Below, piece after piece: positions 9,304 through 18,800 of a DNA stretch of 60,497 bases. Made by a program: the position numbers and the translations under genes. Each line of letters starts with the position of its first letter. Position 1 is the stretch's first letter. The notes beneath the pieces were generated by a model that saw only the letters and a list, made by a program, of their open reading frames with translations, ran no database searches and was not told where the DNA came from. The stretch comes from an uncultured Clostridia bacterium (lineage in GTDB: Bacteria; Bacillota; Clostridia; Oscillospirales; CAG-272). The stretch spans positions 1 to 60,497 of the forward strand of contig CAMJCC010000002.1 in assembly GCA_946404035.1 (NCBI GenBank), in the 5' to 3' direction.

Positions 9304-10827
9304 GTGATCACGGTCCTTGTGCGCAAACTGCGCGAGTCGCTCGTTTCTGTCTTTCCCGTCGCGCTGATCGTTCTGATCCTCTCGCTTTTCCCCCTGGTCA
9401 CGCTCTCCTCCCGCGAGGTGACCGCGTTCCTTATCTGCGCCGTCGTGATGGTCGTCGGGATCGGGCTTTTCGGGATGGGGGCGGAGATGGCGATGTCCCC
9501 GATGGGCGAGCAGATAGGTTCCGGTCTGACCCGTTCGCGGAACCTGCCGCTTCTGCTTTCCGCCGCGTTCGTGATGGGGCTTTGCATCACGGTGGCGGAA
9601 CCCGACCTTTCGGTCCTCGCCGCGCAGGTGCGCGAGGTCGTGTCGGACAAACTGCTGGTCTTTTCGGTCGGGTGCGGGGTCGGCGTCTTTCTTCTGCTCT
9701 CGGTCCTGAGGATGATCTTCCGCGTCAACCTGTCCAATCTTTTGTTTTACTCCTACCTCGCCCTCTTTATGCTGACGGCGCTGGTGTTGGTCTACGGGGA
9801 CGGGGACTTTCTCGCGCTGGCGTTCGACGCGGGCGGCGTCACGACGGGACCCGTCACGGTGCCGTTTCTGATGGCTCTCGGTGTCGGGATCGCCGGTACG
9901 CTGGGCGGCAAGCACGCAAACGAAAACAGTTTCGGGATGATCGCCCTCTCCTCGGTCGGTCCGATGATCGTGGTCGCCGCCCTCGGGATCGGCGCGCGGG
10001 GCGGGCTCGCCTACGCGCTCCCCGACTATTCGATGGAAAGCAAACTCGGCGCGGGGATCCTCCGCGTCCTCCTGTCGACCGGGCGGGACGTCGGGATCGC
10101 CGTGGTCCTGATCGTTCTGTTCTTTACGGTCCTCGACCGCGTCTTCCTGCGTCTTCCGAAAAAGACGCTGATCCGCATCGCGGTCGGGATCGCGTACACC
10201 TTTGCCGGGCTGGTCCTCTTCCTCTCGGCGGCGACCGTCGGCTTTATGCCGGTCGGGTTCGCCCTGGGGCGGGGGATGGCGGAACGCCCGGCGCTTCTCC
10301 TCGCCTTCTCGTTTTTGCTCGGGGCGGTGGTCGTACTCGCCGAGCCGGCGGTGTTGGTCCTGAACCGGCAGGTCGAGCAGGTCACGGGCGGCACGGTCGA
10401 AAAACGCTCGATGATGATCGCGCTCTCCTGCGGCGTCGGGCTCTCGATCGGTCTTTCGATGCTCCGCATCTGGCTCGGGTTCAGCATCCTGTGCTACCTG
10501 ATCCCCGGCTATCTGCTCTCGCTCGGGCTCTCGTTCTTCGTCCCGAAACTCTATACCGCGATCGCCTTTGACTCCGGCGGGGTCGCGTCGGGTCCCCTGA
10601 CCTCGACCTTCATCCTCCCGTTCGCCGTCGGGGCTTGCACCGTTTTGCAGGGAGAGGGGAAGATCCTTTCCGACGCGTTCGGGATCGTCGCGATGGTCGC
10701 GATGACCCCGCTCATCACCATCCAGCTGCTTGGCTTCCGCGCCATTCTGGCGGGCAAGATCCGCGACCGGAGCTCGATGCGCCGGATCCTCGACGCCGCC
10801 GACGAAGAGATCATCCGGTTCATGTAA
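9304..10827 (+). CDS. DUF1538-family polytopic membrane protein (internally duplicated)
   Basis: About 12 predicted TM helices. Two half-repeats each contain FDAGGVTTGPVTVPF / FDSGGVASGPLTSTF, the signature I associate with DUF1538. GTG start chosen downstream of the promoter; the start is uncertain. Confidence 0.7.
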   Translation: MITVLVRKLRESLVSVFPVALIVLILSLFPLVTLSSREVTAFLICAVVMVVGIGLFGMGAEMAMSPMGEQIGSGLTRSRNLPLLLSAAFVMGLCITVAEPDLSVLAAQVREVVSDKLLVFSVGCGVGVFLLLSVLRMIFRVNLSNLLFYSYLALFMLTALVLVYGDGDFLALAFDAGGVTTGPVTVPFLMALGVGIAGTLGGKHANENSFGMIALSSVGPMIVVAALGIGARGGLAYALPDYSMESKLGAGILRVLLSTGRDVGIAVVLIVLFFTVLDRVFLRLPKKTLIRIAVGIAYTFAGLVLFLSAATVGFMPVGFALGRGMAERPALLLAFSFLLGAVVVLAEPAVLVLNRQVEQVTGGTVEKRSMMIALSCGVGLSIGLSMLRIWLGFSILCYLIPGYLLSLGLSFFVPKLYTAIAFDSGGVASGPLTSTFILPFAVGACTVLQGEGKILSDAFGIVAMVAMTPLITIQLLGFRAILAGKIRDRSSMRRILDAADEEIIRFM

Positions 10828-10837
10828 GGAGGTTGCC

Positions 10838-11302
10838 GTGAACGAACAAGAGCAAAAGAAGCGGCGCTCCGACCGCACCGAGAAAAAGAACGGACGCGCC
10901 AAGCGCGACGACGCGCTGAAAGCCCCGAAAAAACTCAAACTGCTGTTCACCGTGGTCGACCGTAAAAAGGCGGAACTCTACGCCGACCTGATCGGCGCGT
11001 ACAGCGTCAATCTGCAGGTACTGCTCGCGGGCGAGGGAACGGCGAAGACCGAGACCCTGCGCCTGCTCGGTCTTGACGATACGGCGCGCGCCGTCATCGT
11101 CAGCGTGATCCGCGACGACCTTGCCCCCGCGATCTTCGATATGCTGGAGGACAAGTTCAAGACGGTCCGGGGCGGGAAAGGGATCGCGTGGTCGGTCCCG
11201 ATGACCTCCGCCGTCGGGGTCGCGATCTATCAGTTTTTGTCCGATTACCGCGAGGGACGCGAGGATCCCGTCCGAGCGAACGAAAGGGGAAAGAGCGAAT
11301 GA
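10838..11302 (+). CDS. P-II-like signal-transduction-fold protein with a Lys/Arg-rich N-terminal extension
   Basis: GTG start 7 nt after AAGGAGG. Core KLLFTVVDRKKAELYADLI...AVIVSVIRDD...GKGIAWSVPM resembles P-II-like partners of DUF1538 proteins. Confidence 0.6.
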   Translation: MNEQEQKKRRSDRTEKKNGRAKRDDALKAPKKLKLLFTVVDRKKAELYADLIGAYSVNLQVLLAGEGTAKTETLRLLGLDDTARAVIVSVIRDDLAPAIFDMLEDKFKTVRGGKGIAWSVPMTSAVGVAIYQFLSDYREGREDPVRANERGKSE

Positions 11303-11664
11303 ACTTCTCGCACGAGTGTATCGTCTGTATCGTGAATACCGGCTTCTCGGACGCCGTGATGGACGCGGCGCGCGAGTTCGGCGCCCGCGGCGGGACCGTC
11401 ATCCACGGACGCGGAACGGCGAGCCAGGAGACGGAACGCTTCTTCGGGATCAGCATCCAGCCCGACAAGGAACTGGTCCTGATTCTGGTCCCGCACGACC
11501 TGACCGATCCCATTCTGCACGCCCTTTATCGCGCCGTCGGGCTGAAAACCCCCGGGCAGGGGATCGCTTTCGCCCTACCCGTCGACCAGGTCGTCGGACT
11601 GTCGACCCTCTCGCTCTCGGAGAACAGCGAGATACCGACCGAGCCCGGGACCCCCGAAAAATGA
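11299..11664 (+). CDS. P-II-family nitrogen-regulator-like protein
   Basis: CIVCIVNTGFSDAVMDAAREFGARGGTVIHGRG...ELVLILVPHD...GIAFALPV. Its start overlaps the stop codon of the previous gene (ATGA). Confidence 0.65.
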   Translation: MNFSHECIVCIVNTGFSDAVMDAAREFGARGGTVIHGRGTASQETERFFGISIQPDKELVLILVPHDLTDPILHALYRAVGLKTPGQGIAFALPVDQVVGLSTLSLSENSEIPTEPGTPEK

Positions 11665-11691
11665 TCATAACGCAAAAGGAGATATAACGCA

Positions 11692-12243
11692 ATGTACTAC
11701 CGTCTGAAAGTGGCAGGCGTGGAACGCGACCTGCCGATCTGCCCCCTGAATGACAAACTCTCGATCGGCGCGTTCGTGATGTTCGGCGACGTCGAGTTGA
11801 CCGAGGCGTGCGCCGCCGCGCTGATCAAGCTCGCGCCCGAGCACGACGCGATCATCACCGCCGAGTCCAAGGGCATCCCGCTGGTCTACGAGATGACCCG
11901 GATGCTGGGGCGCAACCGCTACCTGCTCGCGCGCAAGATGCCGAAACTCTATATGCGCGATATCAAGAAGTTCGAGGTGAAGTCCATCACCACGGCGGCG
12001 CAGCAGACCCTGTACCTCGACGGCAACGACGTCGAGTGGATGAGGGGGAAAAAGATCCTGATCGTCGACGACGTCATCAGCACCGGCGCCTCTCTTTCGG
12101 CTCTGGAGCACCTCGTCGTTTCCTCCGGCGGGATCGTCGCCGGACGGATGGCGGTGCTCGCCGAGGGCGACGCCATCGAGCGCAAGGACATCACGGTGCT
12201 GGGGAAACTCCCGCTCTTCACCCCGGACGGCAAAGAGATCTGA
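11692..12243 (+). CDS. Phosphoribosyltransferase-family protein (adenine/purine PRTase-like)
   Basis: PRPP-binding loop KILIVDDVISTGAS. AGGAG RBS. Confidence 0.75.
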   Translation: MYYRLKVAGVERDLPICPLNDKLSIGAFVMFGDVELTEACAAALIKLAPEHDAIITAESKGIPLVYEMTRMLGRNRYLLARKMPKLYMRDIKKFEVKSITTAAQQTLYLDGNDVEWMRGKKILIVDDVISTGASLSALEHLVVSSGGIVAGRMAVLAEGDAIERKDITVLGKLPLFTPDGKEI

Positions 12244-12252
12244 CCGCGTACG

Positions 12253-12732
12253 ATGGCGGACGCGAAACTGACGTCGCTCCTGTATCTCGAGCGCGACGGC
12301 AAGTACCTGATGCTGCACCGCGTCAAGCGCGAGCACGATGAGAACGCGGGCAAGTGGATCGGGGTCGGCGGAAAATTCGAAGAGGGCGAGAGCCCGGAAG
12401 AGTGCGTGATCCGCGAGGCAAGGGAGGAGACGGGACTGACCGTTTCCTCCCCCGTCCCCCGCGGGATCGTTACCTTTGTGTCGGACGAGTTCGGGACGCA
12501 GTATATGCACCTCTTTACCGCCGACCGCTTCACGGGCACGCTCCTCGACTGCGACGAGGGGGAACTCGCGTGGGTCGACAAGAGCCGCGTTCCCGATCTG
12601 CCGCTCTGGGAGGGGGACCGCGTCTTTCTCCGTCTGCTCTCCGAGGGGGCGCCGTTCTTCCTTTTGAAACTGGTGTACCGGGGCGATACGCTCACGCGCG
12701 CGGTGCTGAACGGGCGCGAACTGACGATCTGA
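12253..12732 (+). CDS. NUDIX hydrolase (MutT/8-oxo-dGTPase-like)
   Basis: Nudix box GGKFEEGESPEECVIREAREETGL. Confidence 0.85.
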   Translation: MADAKLTSLLYLERDGKYLMLHRVKREHDENAGKWIGVGGKFEEGESPEECVIREAREETGLTVSSPVPRGIVTFVSDEFGTQYMHLFTADRFTGTLLDCDEGELAWVDKSRVPDLPLWEGDRVFLRLLSEGAPFFLLKLVYRGDTLTRAVLNGRELTI

Positions 12733-12808
12733 GGGACGCCAAACGACAATATTTTTCCCGTTTTTTGGGGCAAAACCGCACGAAAAATAAAAAATCTTAA
12801 AAAAATAC

Positions 12809-12837
12809 TTGACAGATTATAAAAAAAAGGATAAAAT
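12809..12837 (+). promoter_or_regulatory. Strong sigma-A-type promoter of the giant-protein operon
   Basis: TTGACA (12809-12814), exact 17-nt spacer, TAAAAT (12832-12837), inside an AT-rich gap. Confidence 0.75.
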
Positions 12838-12889
12838 AGATTAGGAATTCGGATCGTATCCTTTTGGATACTTTCAAGACAATCTCATA

Positions 12890-12968
12890 ATATGTTAAAA
12901 GGGCAAAGCCACTGCGAAGTGGCGACGCAAAGCTAAAGGGACTCTATGAGTCAGCCAGTTGCAGCAGT
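12890..12968 (+). promoter_or_regulatory. c-di-GMP-I (GEMM) riboswitch aptamer
   Basis: AAAGGGCAAAGCCACU-GCGA-AGUGGCGACGCAAAGCUAAAGGGACUCUAUGAGUCAGCCAGUUGC. It aligns with Vc2 GGGCAAACC-AUUC-GAAA-GAGUGGGACGCAAAGCC... as I recall it. Shared elements are the GGCAAA, a P1 hairpin capped by a GNRA loop (GCGA), the invariant GACGCAAAGC junction, a second hairpin, and a CAGCCAGUUGC 3' strand. Confidence 0.75.
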
Positions 12969-12994
12969 GCAACGCGGCTGGCTTTTGTTATTTT
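12952..12994 (+). terminator. Intrinsic terminator (expression platform) overlapping the 3' strand of the aptamer
   Basis: CAGCC-AG-UUGCA-GCAG-UGCAA-CGC-GGCUG followed by GCUUUUGUUAUUUU. Its 5' arm is the same nucleotides as the aptamer's closing 3' segment. Confidence 0.7.
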
Positions 12995-13030
12995 CGGGCG
13001 CGCCGCGGCCGGACGAAAGGAGGGGAAAAG

Positions 13031-13996
13031 ATGAAAAAGATCGACAGATCGACGATGACGGTCATCCGTTTCGCGATCCCTCTTTGTCTTTCTTTTCTGA
13101 TCGTCGTCGGCGTCGTTCTGGTCGCCGTCCTGCACCCCTCGCTCGGCTGGTTCTCGGAAACCGAAAACCTGATGGTCGGGGGGATGAGCGTGGTCACCTC
13201 CACCGACGACTGCGATCTTCTGATCGAACGGGGGATCGAATACGACAGTAAAAAGGGTCCGAACCCGCCGTTGAGCAACCTCCCGCTCTATCCCGGGATC
13301 GTGGGGTTGAAGACCTTTTTCAGCGGCACCGGTTTTGACCTCGTAGCCGTTTCCACCGATACGTCGCCTAGTCTGGCGTTCGAGTTGGTGAACGAGTTGG
13401 TCCGTCCCGAGTTCGACGAGGACGTGAACGGCTCGGTCAATACCCGGTACCTGATGCCGGGCGCGTACGGAACGCTGAGCTTTTATATCCGTCCGTTCGA
13501 CGGGGTCGATCGGGTGGCGAAGACGTTTACGATCTCGCTGGCGGGGTATACCGCCATTGAGAGCGAGGGGGATTACGAGATCCAGCCCGTCACGTCCCAG
13601 AGCACGCTCGACCTGCTGAAAGGGCATATCCTCTTTTTCACCGGGCGGACGGAGGTAAACGACGCGTACCGGTACAGCGGACTGATCCGGGAGAGCTTCG
13701 TTTACGACACCGCCGAGCACGAAGTCTACGATGCGGAGAATAACCTCTACAAAGTCACCATTTATTGGGAGTGGCCCGAGACCTACCTCGACATCTCCCG
13801 CAAAACGTCAACCGAACTCGTGACCGATAAGTATCCCGTTGAGCTGACCGAGTACGTTTCCGGTAACCCCGAGTTCTTCTTCGCCATCAACCAGACGAGC
13901 GAAGAAGAGCGCGAACGCAGCGAGGGTTACGACGACGGCGACCAGAAGATCGGTAACCAGGTGCATTTCGTTTCGGTGACCGTTCAGGTAAACTGA
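13031..13996 (+). CDS. Secreted or anchored protein A (321 aa) with a TasA/camelysin-like (SipW-type) N-terminal motif; function unknown
   Basis: AGGAGGGG RBS. N-terminal TM/h-region followed by LGWFSETENLMVGGMSV (compare AYFSDKE...GTLDL of camelysin/TasA). Later LMPGAYGTLSFYIRP resembles the PGD-x...F-x-V strand of TasA-like jelly-rolls. Confidence 0.7.
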   Translation: MKKIDRSTMTVIRFAIPLCLSFLIVVGVVLVAVLHPSLGWFSETENLMVGGMSVVTSTDDCDLLIERGIEYDSKKGPNPPLSNLPLYPGIVGLKTFFSGTGFDLVAVSTDTSPSLAFELVNELVRPEFDEDVNGSVNTRYLMPGAYGTLSFYIRPFDGVDRVAKTFTISLAGYTAIESEGDYEIQPVTSQSTLDLLKGHILFFTGRTEVNDAYRYSGLIRESFVYDTAEHEVYDAENNLYKVTIYWEWPETYLDISRKTSTELVTDKYPVELTEYVSGNPEFFFAINQTSEEERERSEGYDDGDQKIGNQVHFVSVTVQVN

Positions 13997-14036
13997 CCGT
14001 CCGGGCGGACGATCGAAAAGAAAGGAGGCGAGAGCC

Positions 14037-14822
14037 GTGGAAGAAAGACCCGTGCGCGAGAACAGATCCGTTCTGCGCAAACTCGTTCCCATCGCGATCA
14101 CGATGGCGGCGCTTCTGTTGGCGCTCGCTTTGCCGGTCATGTCCTGGTTCATCACGAGTAAGAAACTGCTGGCGTACGCGCCGGTCACCTCCCCCGAGGC
14201 GCTCTATATCGGAGCGGGGCACCGGGATATCAGCAATGGTACTTTCGAGGATATCCGATACCTGTATTTCGACGGGATCAACGTCGCCGACGAATACTCC
14301 GACTACGTATTCTGCGTATACGGGACGGCGATCTCGGGTTTCTATCTGCAGCTCGGGTTCACGACCAACAACCAGTTCGTCTACGAGATCTACGTCGCGT
14401 CCGAGAGCGAGACCCCGCCGCCCGACCCGGCTACCGACTACGTGGACTACATCGTTCACGACGGTTCCAACAAGCACTACTACTACACCATCGATAACAC
14501 GGTCAACGGCGGCGATCCCATCTCCGGCACCTACCTGAACCTGGACACGACGGAGTATGCGACGAGCGGCCAGATGCTGGCAAACGAAAGCCGCGTGTCG
14601 CACGACTACGGCGAATACACCAATATCAATCGCTTCGCCAAGGCGCTCTACTGGCAGACCGACAGTGCGATCGACGGGGACACGCCGGAACTTGAGGGCG
14701 ACCAGACCTACGATTTCGTCGTCTATTTCATCCTGCGCGTCAATACGAACGGAAAGACGTCGAACGACCGCGAGACCGATATCCTCTGCATCTCGGTAAA
14801 ATCCGTCACCGTCGTCGACTGA
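14037..14822 (+). CDS. Secreted or anchored protein B (261 aa), function unknown
   Basis: GTG start 8 nt after AAAGGAGG. N-terminal TM followed by MSWFITSKKL. 40 nt downstream of gene A. Confidence 0.65.
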   Translation: MEERPVRENRSVLRKLVPIAITMAALLLALALPVMSWFITSKKLLAYAPVTSPEALYIGAGHRDISNGTFEDIRYLYFDGINVADEYSDYVFCVYGTAISGFYLQLGFTTNNQFVYEIYVASESETPPPDPATDYVDYIVHDGSNKHYYYTIDNTVNGGDPISGTYLNLDTTEYATSGQMLANESRVSHDYGEYTNINRFAKALYWQTDSAIDGDTPELEGDQTYDFVVYFILRVNTNGKTSNDRETDILCISVKSVTVVD

Positions 14823-14855
14823 CGGACGGGACCGTCATAGGAAAGGAGAGAGAGC

Positions 14856-15845
14856 ATGAAACCGAAAACAACGGTGAAAACGGAACGAACGGCGTGTCCG
14901 CAGCAAAAAGGCGACACGCGGCGTTTTGCCGTTATGCGGGTCGCGATCCTGCTCCTCATCCTTTCGCTGCTCGTCACCTCCGGGATCCTCACCTACGCCA
15001 AGTTCACGAACAGTTTGTACGCGCAGCGGACCGTCGCGGCGTACGACGCGGTGGGCGAACGTTTCTCCTCCAACTATCTGGTGGCGGGCGGCGGCGTTCG
15101 TACCGTTTCGGTCGCCTCGGCGCAAGAAACGCCGATCGCGATCGTGACCGTCTGCAACTACGAACAGGGCAAGCAGATGTATCCCAACACGCTGGATATC
15201 GATTACACGGTCACGCTGGAATTGGTCAAACTCAGCGGGGTGTCGTACGTTCCGGCGACCGCGGGTGAAGTCGGCGCCCACCAGATCACGGTCTCTCACG
15301 GCGGGCAAACCGTCTATCTGAACAGCGGAAATCTGAGCGACGACGAAACGTTTTCCGGCACGCTCTACGCCGACTACGGCGCCACGTCCGACGCCTACAC
15401 GGTGTCGTTCGAGCCGTATCAGAACCAGATCTTCCTCAGGATGACGGTGGTACCGGATGAAAATCTTGCTCTGTCGGACCTGATCGGGGTCCTGAAATCC
15501 GAGATCAAGATGGCGGGCGCGTCGAGTTCCTGGACGGGTTCGTTCCAGGACGCCACGGGGAACGCCCCCTCCTCCTACGACGGTTTCAACTACCGCGTGA
15601 ACGGGGTCGGAAGCGGGACCTTTACCCTGCGGTGGGACGCGACCAAGGTCGGGCTGAGCGATATGTCCCGTATGACCCTGCTCTCCATCCCGGGAGCAAC
15701 GGAGGACGGCAGCTCCATCACTTTCCCGGTCGACGCCGAGGACGTGAACCTGTACGACCTGCAATTCTATAAGATCAATATCACGAGCGAAACGTGGGAC
15801 GTGATGACGTCGAGCGTCGTCATCTACGAATTCGTCGCCTCCTGA
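14856..15845 (+). CDS. Secreted or anchored protein C (329 aa), function unknown
   Basis: GGAAAGGAG RBS. N-terminal TM followed by LTYAKFTNSLYA and ...ERFSSNYL. 33 nt downstream of gene B. Confidence 0.65.
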   Translation: MKPKTTVKTERTACPQQKGDTRRFAVMRVAILLLILSLLVTSGILTYAKFTNSLYAQRTVAAYDAVGERFSSNYLVAGGGVRTVSVASAQETPIAIVTVCNYEQGKQMYPNTLDIDYTVTLELVKLSGVSYVPATAGEVGAHQITVSHGGQTVYLNSGNLSDDETFSGTLYADYGATSDAYTVSFEPYQNQIFLRMTVVPDENLALSDLIGVLKSEIKMAGASSSWTGSFQDATGNAPSSYDGFNYRVNGVGSGTFTLRWDATKVGLSDMSRMTLLSIPGATEDGSSITFPVDAEDVNLYDLQFYKINITSETWDVMTSSVVIYEFVAS

Positions 15846-15870
15846 TCAGGATAATCGAGAGGGAAAAGAT

Positions 15871-18800
15871 ATGCAAACGAGAAGAGAAAAAAGGAAGATC
15901 GCGTTACGCGCCGTGCTCTGGGCATGGGGCATCGTCCTCTCATGCCTTTTCGTGTTTCTCTCTGCCCGTACCGACCGCGTCGTCGCGGCGGAGCCCGAGC
16001 CGAGCACCATCGAGATCGGTTCGGTCGAGGATTTTGCCGCGTACAGTCTGGGTTACTCGACCGATGCTTACCACCCGAAAGATACCCTGGTCATCTCGCT
16101 CCAGTCCGGTCTTGCCATTACCGACAACAACTTTATCAGTCTCGGGACCGAGAGCCGTCCCTTTGCCGGGACCCTGCAGATACCGGAGGGCGGTATCGAC
16201 ACATTCTATCTCTACGAATGTCCGCTCTTCAATTACGTGACGACCGACCTGACCATCACGGGCGGCGGAACGGTCAAGATCCAGCGTGAAGAACTGACCG
16301 AACCCATCCCCTCCGGCGTTCTGACCAGCGGCGCGCTCTTTGCAAACCACGTCGTCGCCGGAACCAACGCGGCGAACTGGTCGATCTCTTTCGAGGGCGC
16401 CACCGCGTCGTCTTTCGGGGGGCTGATCGGTTCCATCGCCGACGGCTGTGACGTGACGGTCACCTTTACGAACGCCACCAACGTCCCGGCGATCGGATCG
16501 GGGAATATCGGTCTGATCTGCGGCACGCTGGGCGACGGCGCCTCGCTTGCCGTGACGACGGCGGGCTCGGGCTCCTCCGTTTCGGTCTCGTCGACCGGGG
16601 GACACGCCGGCGGTATCGTCGGTAAGATGGGCAACGACGCGATCCTGACCCTGAACTCCGCGAACAACTCCCGCGTGACGAACGTATCGACCTCCTACGG
16701 CTCGGGTTACGCCGGCGGGATCGTCGGCTACGTTTCCGGCGTGACCACGTCGACCGGGATCAAACGCGGCGCCGGGGTCGTCGACTATACCGTTTCGGGT
16801 CAAGTGACCGGCGGCGCCGGCGCGGGCGGGCTCTTCGGCTACTACCGCTCGAACAGCGACGGCGTTTCGTTCACGCTTCAGAACACCTACAATATCGCCA
16901 GCGGGACGCGGGTCTCCTCCTCCGGGAACACCGGGGGCGTGTTCGGCTATCTGCTGAACTACGGCAACAGTTTCGCTTTCGACGGAAACGCGACGGGCAG
17001 CGAAGTGTTCACCGTTACCCTCGCCGGCGGGACCGCCCGCGGCGGCGTTGCCGGTAAGTATTCGACCGACGCGCTGTCGAACGTCCTGTCGATCACGAAC
17101 ACGAATTTCACGATCACCGCCAACGCCGGCAACACGGCGAGCCGGACCATCGGCGGTCTTGTCGGACAGGTCGCCGACGCATCCCCGTACGCGCCGGCGT
17201 ATATCAGTATCAACGGTACCAACGTCATCACGTCGGACGGCACCGGGGACGGGAACGCCCCCGGCGGCGGTCTTGTCGGCGACGCCGGTACGGGCGGCAG
17301 CTTCATCGACGTTTCGGGCAACGTGACCGTTTCGGGACGGTTCTACGCGGGCCTTGTCGCAAAACTTTCGGAGGGCGTGCTCCGCATCGCGGGCACGACC
17401 GACCTTTCGGCGTTCCGCCGGCACGGCGGCAGCGGCGACCTCACGGCGGGCACCATCGTACAGACCCGCGGCAGATCGCTCATCTACTCGCTCGGAAGCG
17501 GAGAGGGCGACGGCTGGGTACTGAAACGCAACACGTCATTCAACAATATGATCGACGACGTGAACACGTGGGGCGAGGTGCTTCGCCTCGACGGGACCAC
17601 GCTGACCGAGAGCGGACTGTTCACCGTTGATCCGTCGGCGCATACCGTCACCGTGAAGAGCGGCGTCACCGAGATCAACGACGAGGCCGGTTTTGCGAAG
17701 ACCGCCCTGAATATCCAGCTCGGAACCGCGGCGGGAAAGGGCGCGCTGCTCTTTGAGACGTCGAACCAATCCGCCACGCTCCTTGGCGCGACCCTGACGC
17801 TCGGGGCAGATATCGACCTGACGGGGACCGGACTGACCGGGATGACGCGCGACGACGGCGGAGAAGTGACCATCGCGCAGAATAAAAAAGTAATGATGCC
17901 GACCTCCGCCGCCTTTACCGGCACCTTCAACGGGAACGGTCACACCCTGACCGTCGCCACCGGAGAGGTGTGGGGGCTGACCTCCTCGGGAGCCTCGCTT
18001 CCCGCCTCCTCCACGGAGGGGATGATCCGGCGTCACCGGTTCATCGGTTTGTTTGCGAACACCGACGGGGCGACGTTCTCCAACCTGACGCTGAACGGAT
18101 ATTATCATTTCATTCTGGATATCGATCCCACCTATATCGGCGGTCTGTCCGCCTATTCGACGGGCGGTCTGGATCTGACCGGCGTGACCGTGTCCGGGCT
18201 CTCGTTTGATTATTACCTCGGCGCGAGCTATACGGCGTATATCGGCGGAGCGGTCGCCTACGCCCTCGGCGACGGTCTTGACGTTTCGGTCACGGGCGGC
18301 AGTTACCGTCCGACGATGACCGATACCTCCGCGGCCGGCAGGACGAGCGGATCCGCCGGGGACAAGATCTCCTACGTCGGCGGCGTGATCGGCTTTGTCA
18401 ACGAGGGAACGGGGCAATCGATCGAATTCGACGATACCACGATCGGGATCACCTTTACCAAGACGGTGAACACCCAACGCGAGCCGTATTTCGGCGCGGC
18501 GATCGGGGCGACCTCGAACCAGGCGTACGTCAAGGATAACCGCACGATCACCCTGACCGACGTCGACGTGATGATGAGCGCGAACGCGGCGGCGGCGGCA
18601 GGCAAGGAGTACGGCGGTATCCTCGGGACTTCGTGGCTCTCCGCCGACGTTACGATCGACGGCGTGGACGTCGTATCCGCCTCGATCACCGAGAGCAATT
18701 CCGCGGCGACCAACTTCGGCGGACTGGTCCACACGGCGACGGGGCACTGGGACGTTCAGGACCTCACCGTGACGAGCGCCAACTTCGACGTGACGGCGAC

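Noticed and set aside
12959-13030. Upstream extension of gene A (track start 12959).
   Set aside because: It would translate through the riboswitch terminator hairpin. A strong RBS precedes the ATG at 13031.
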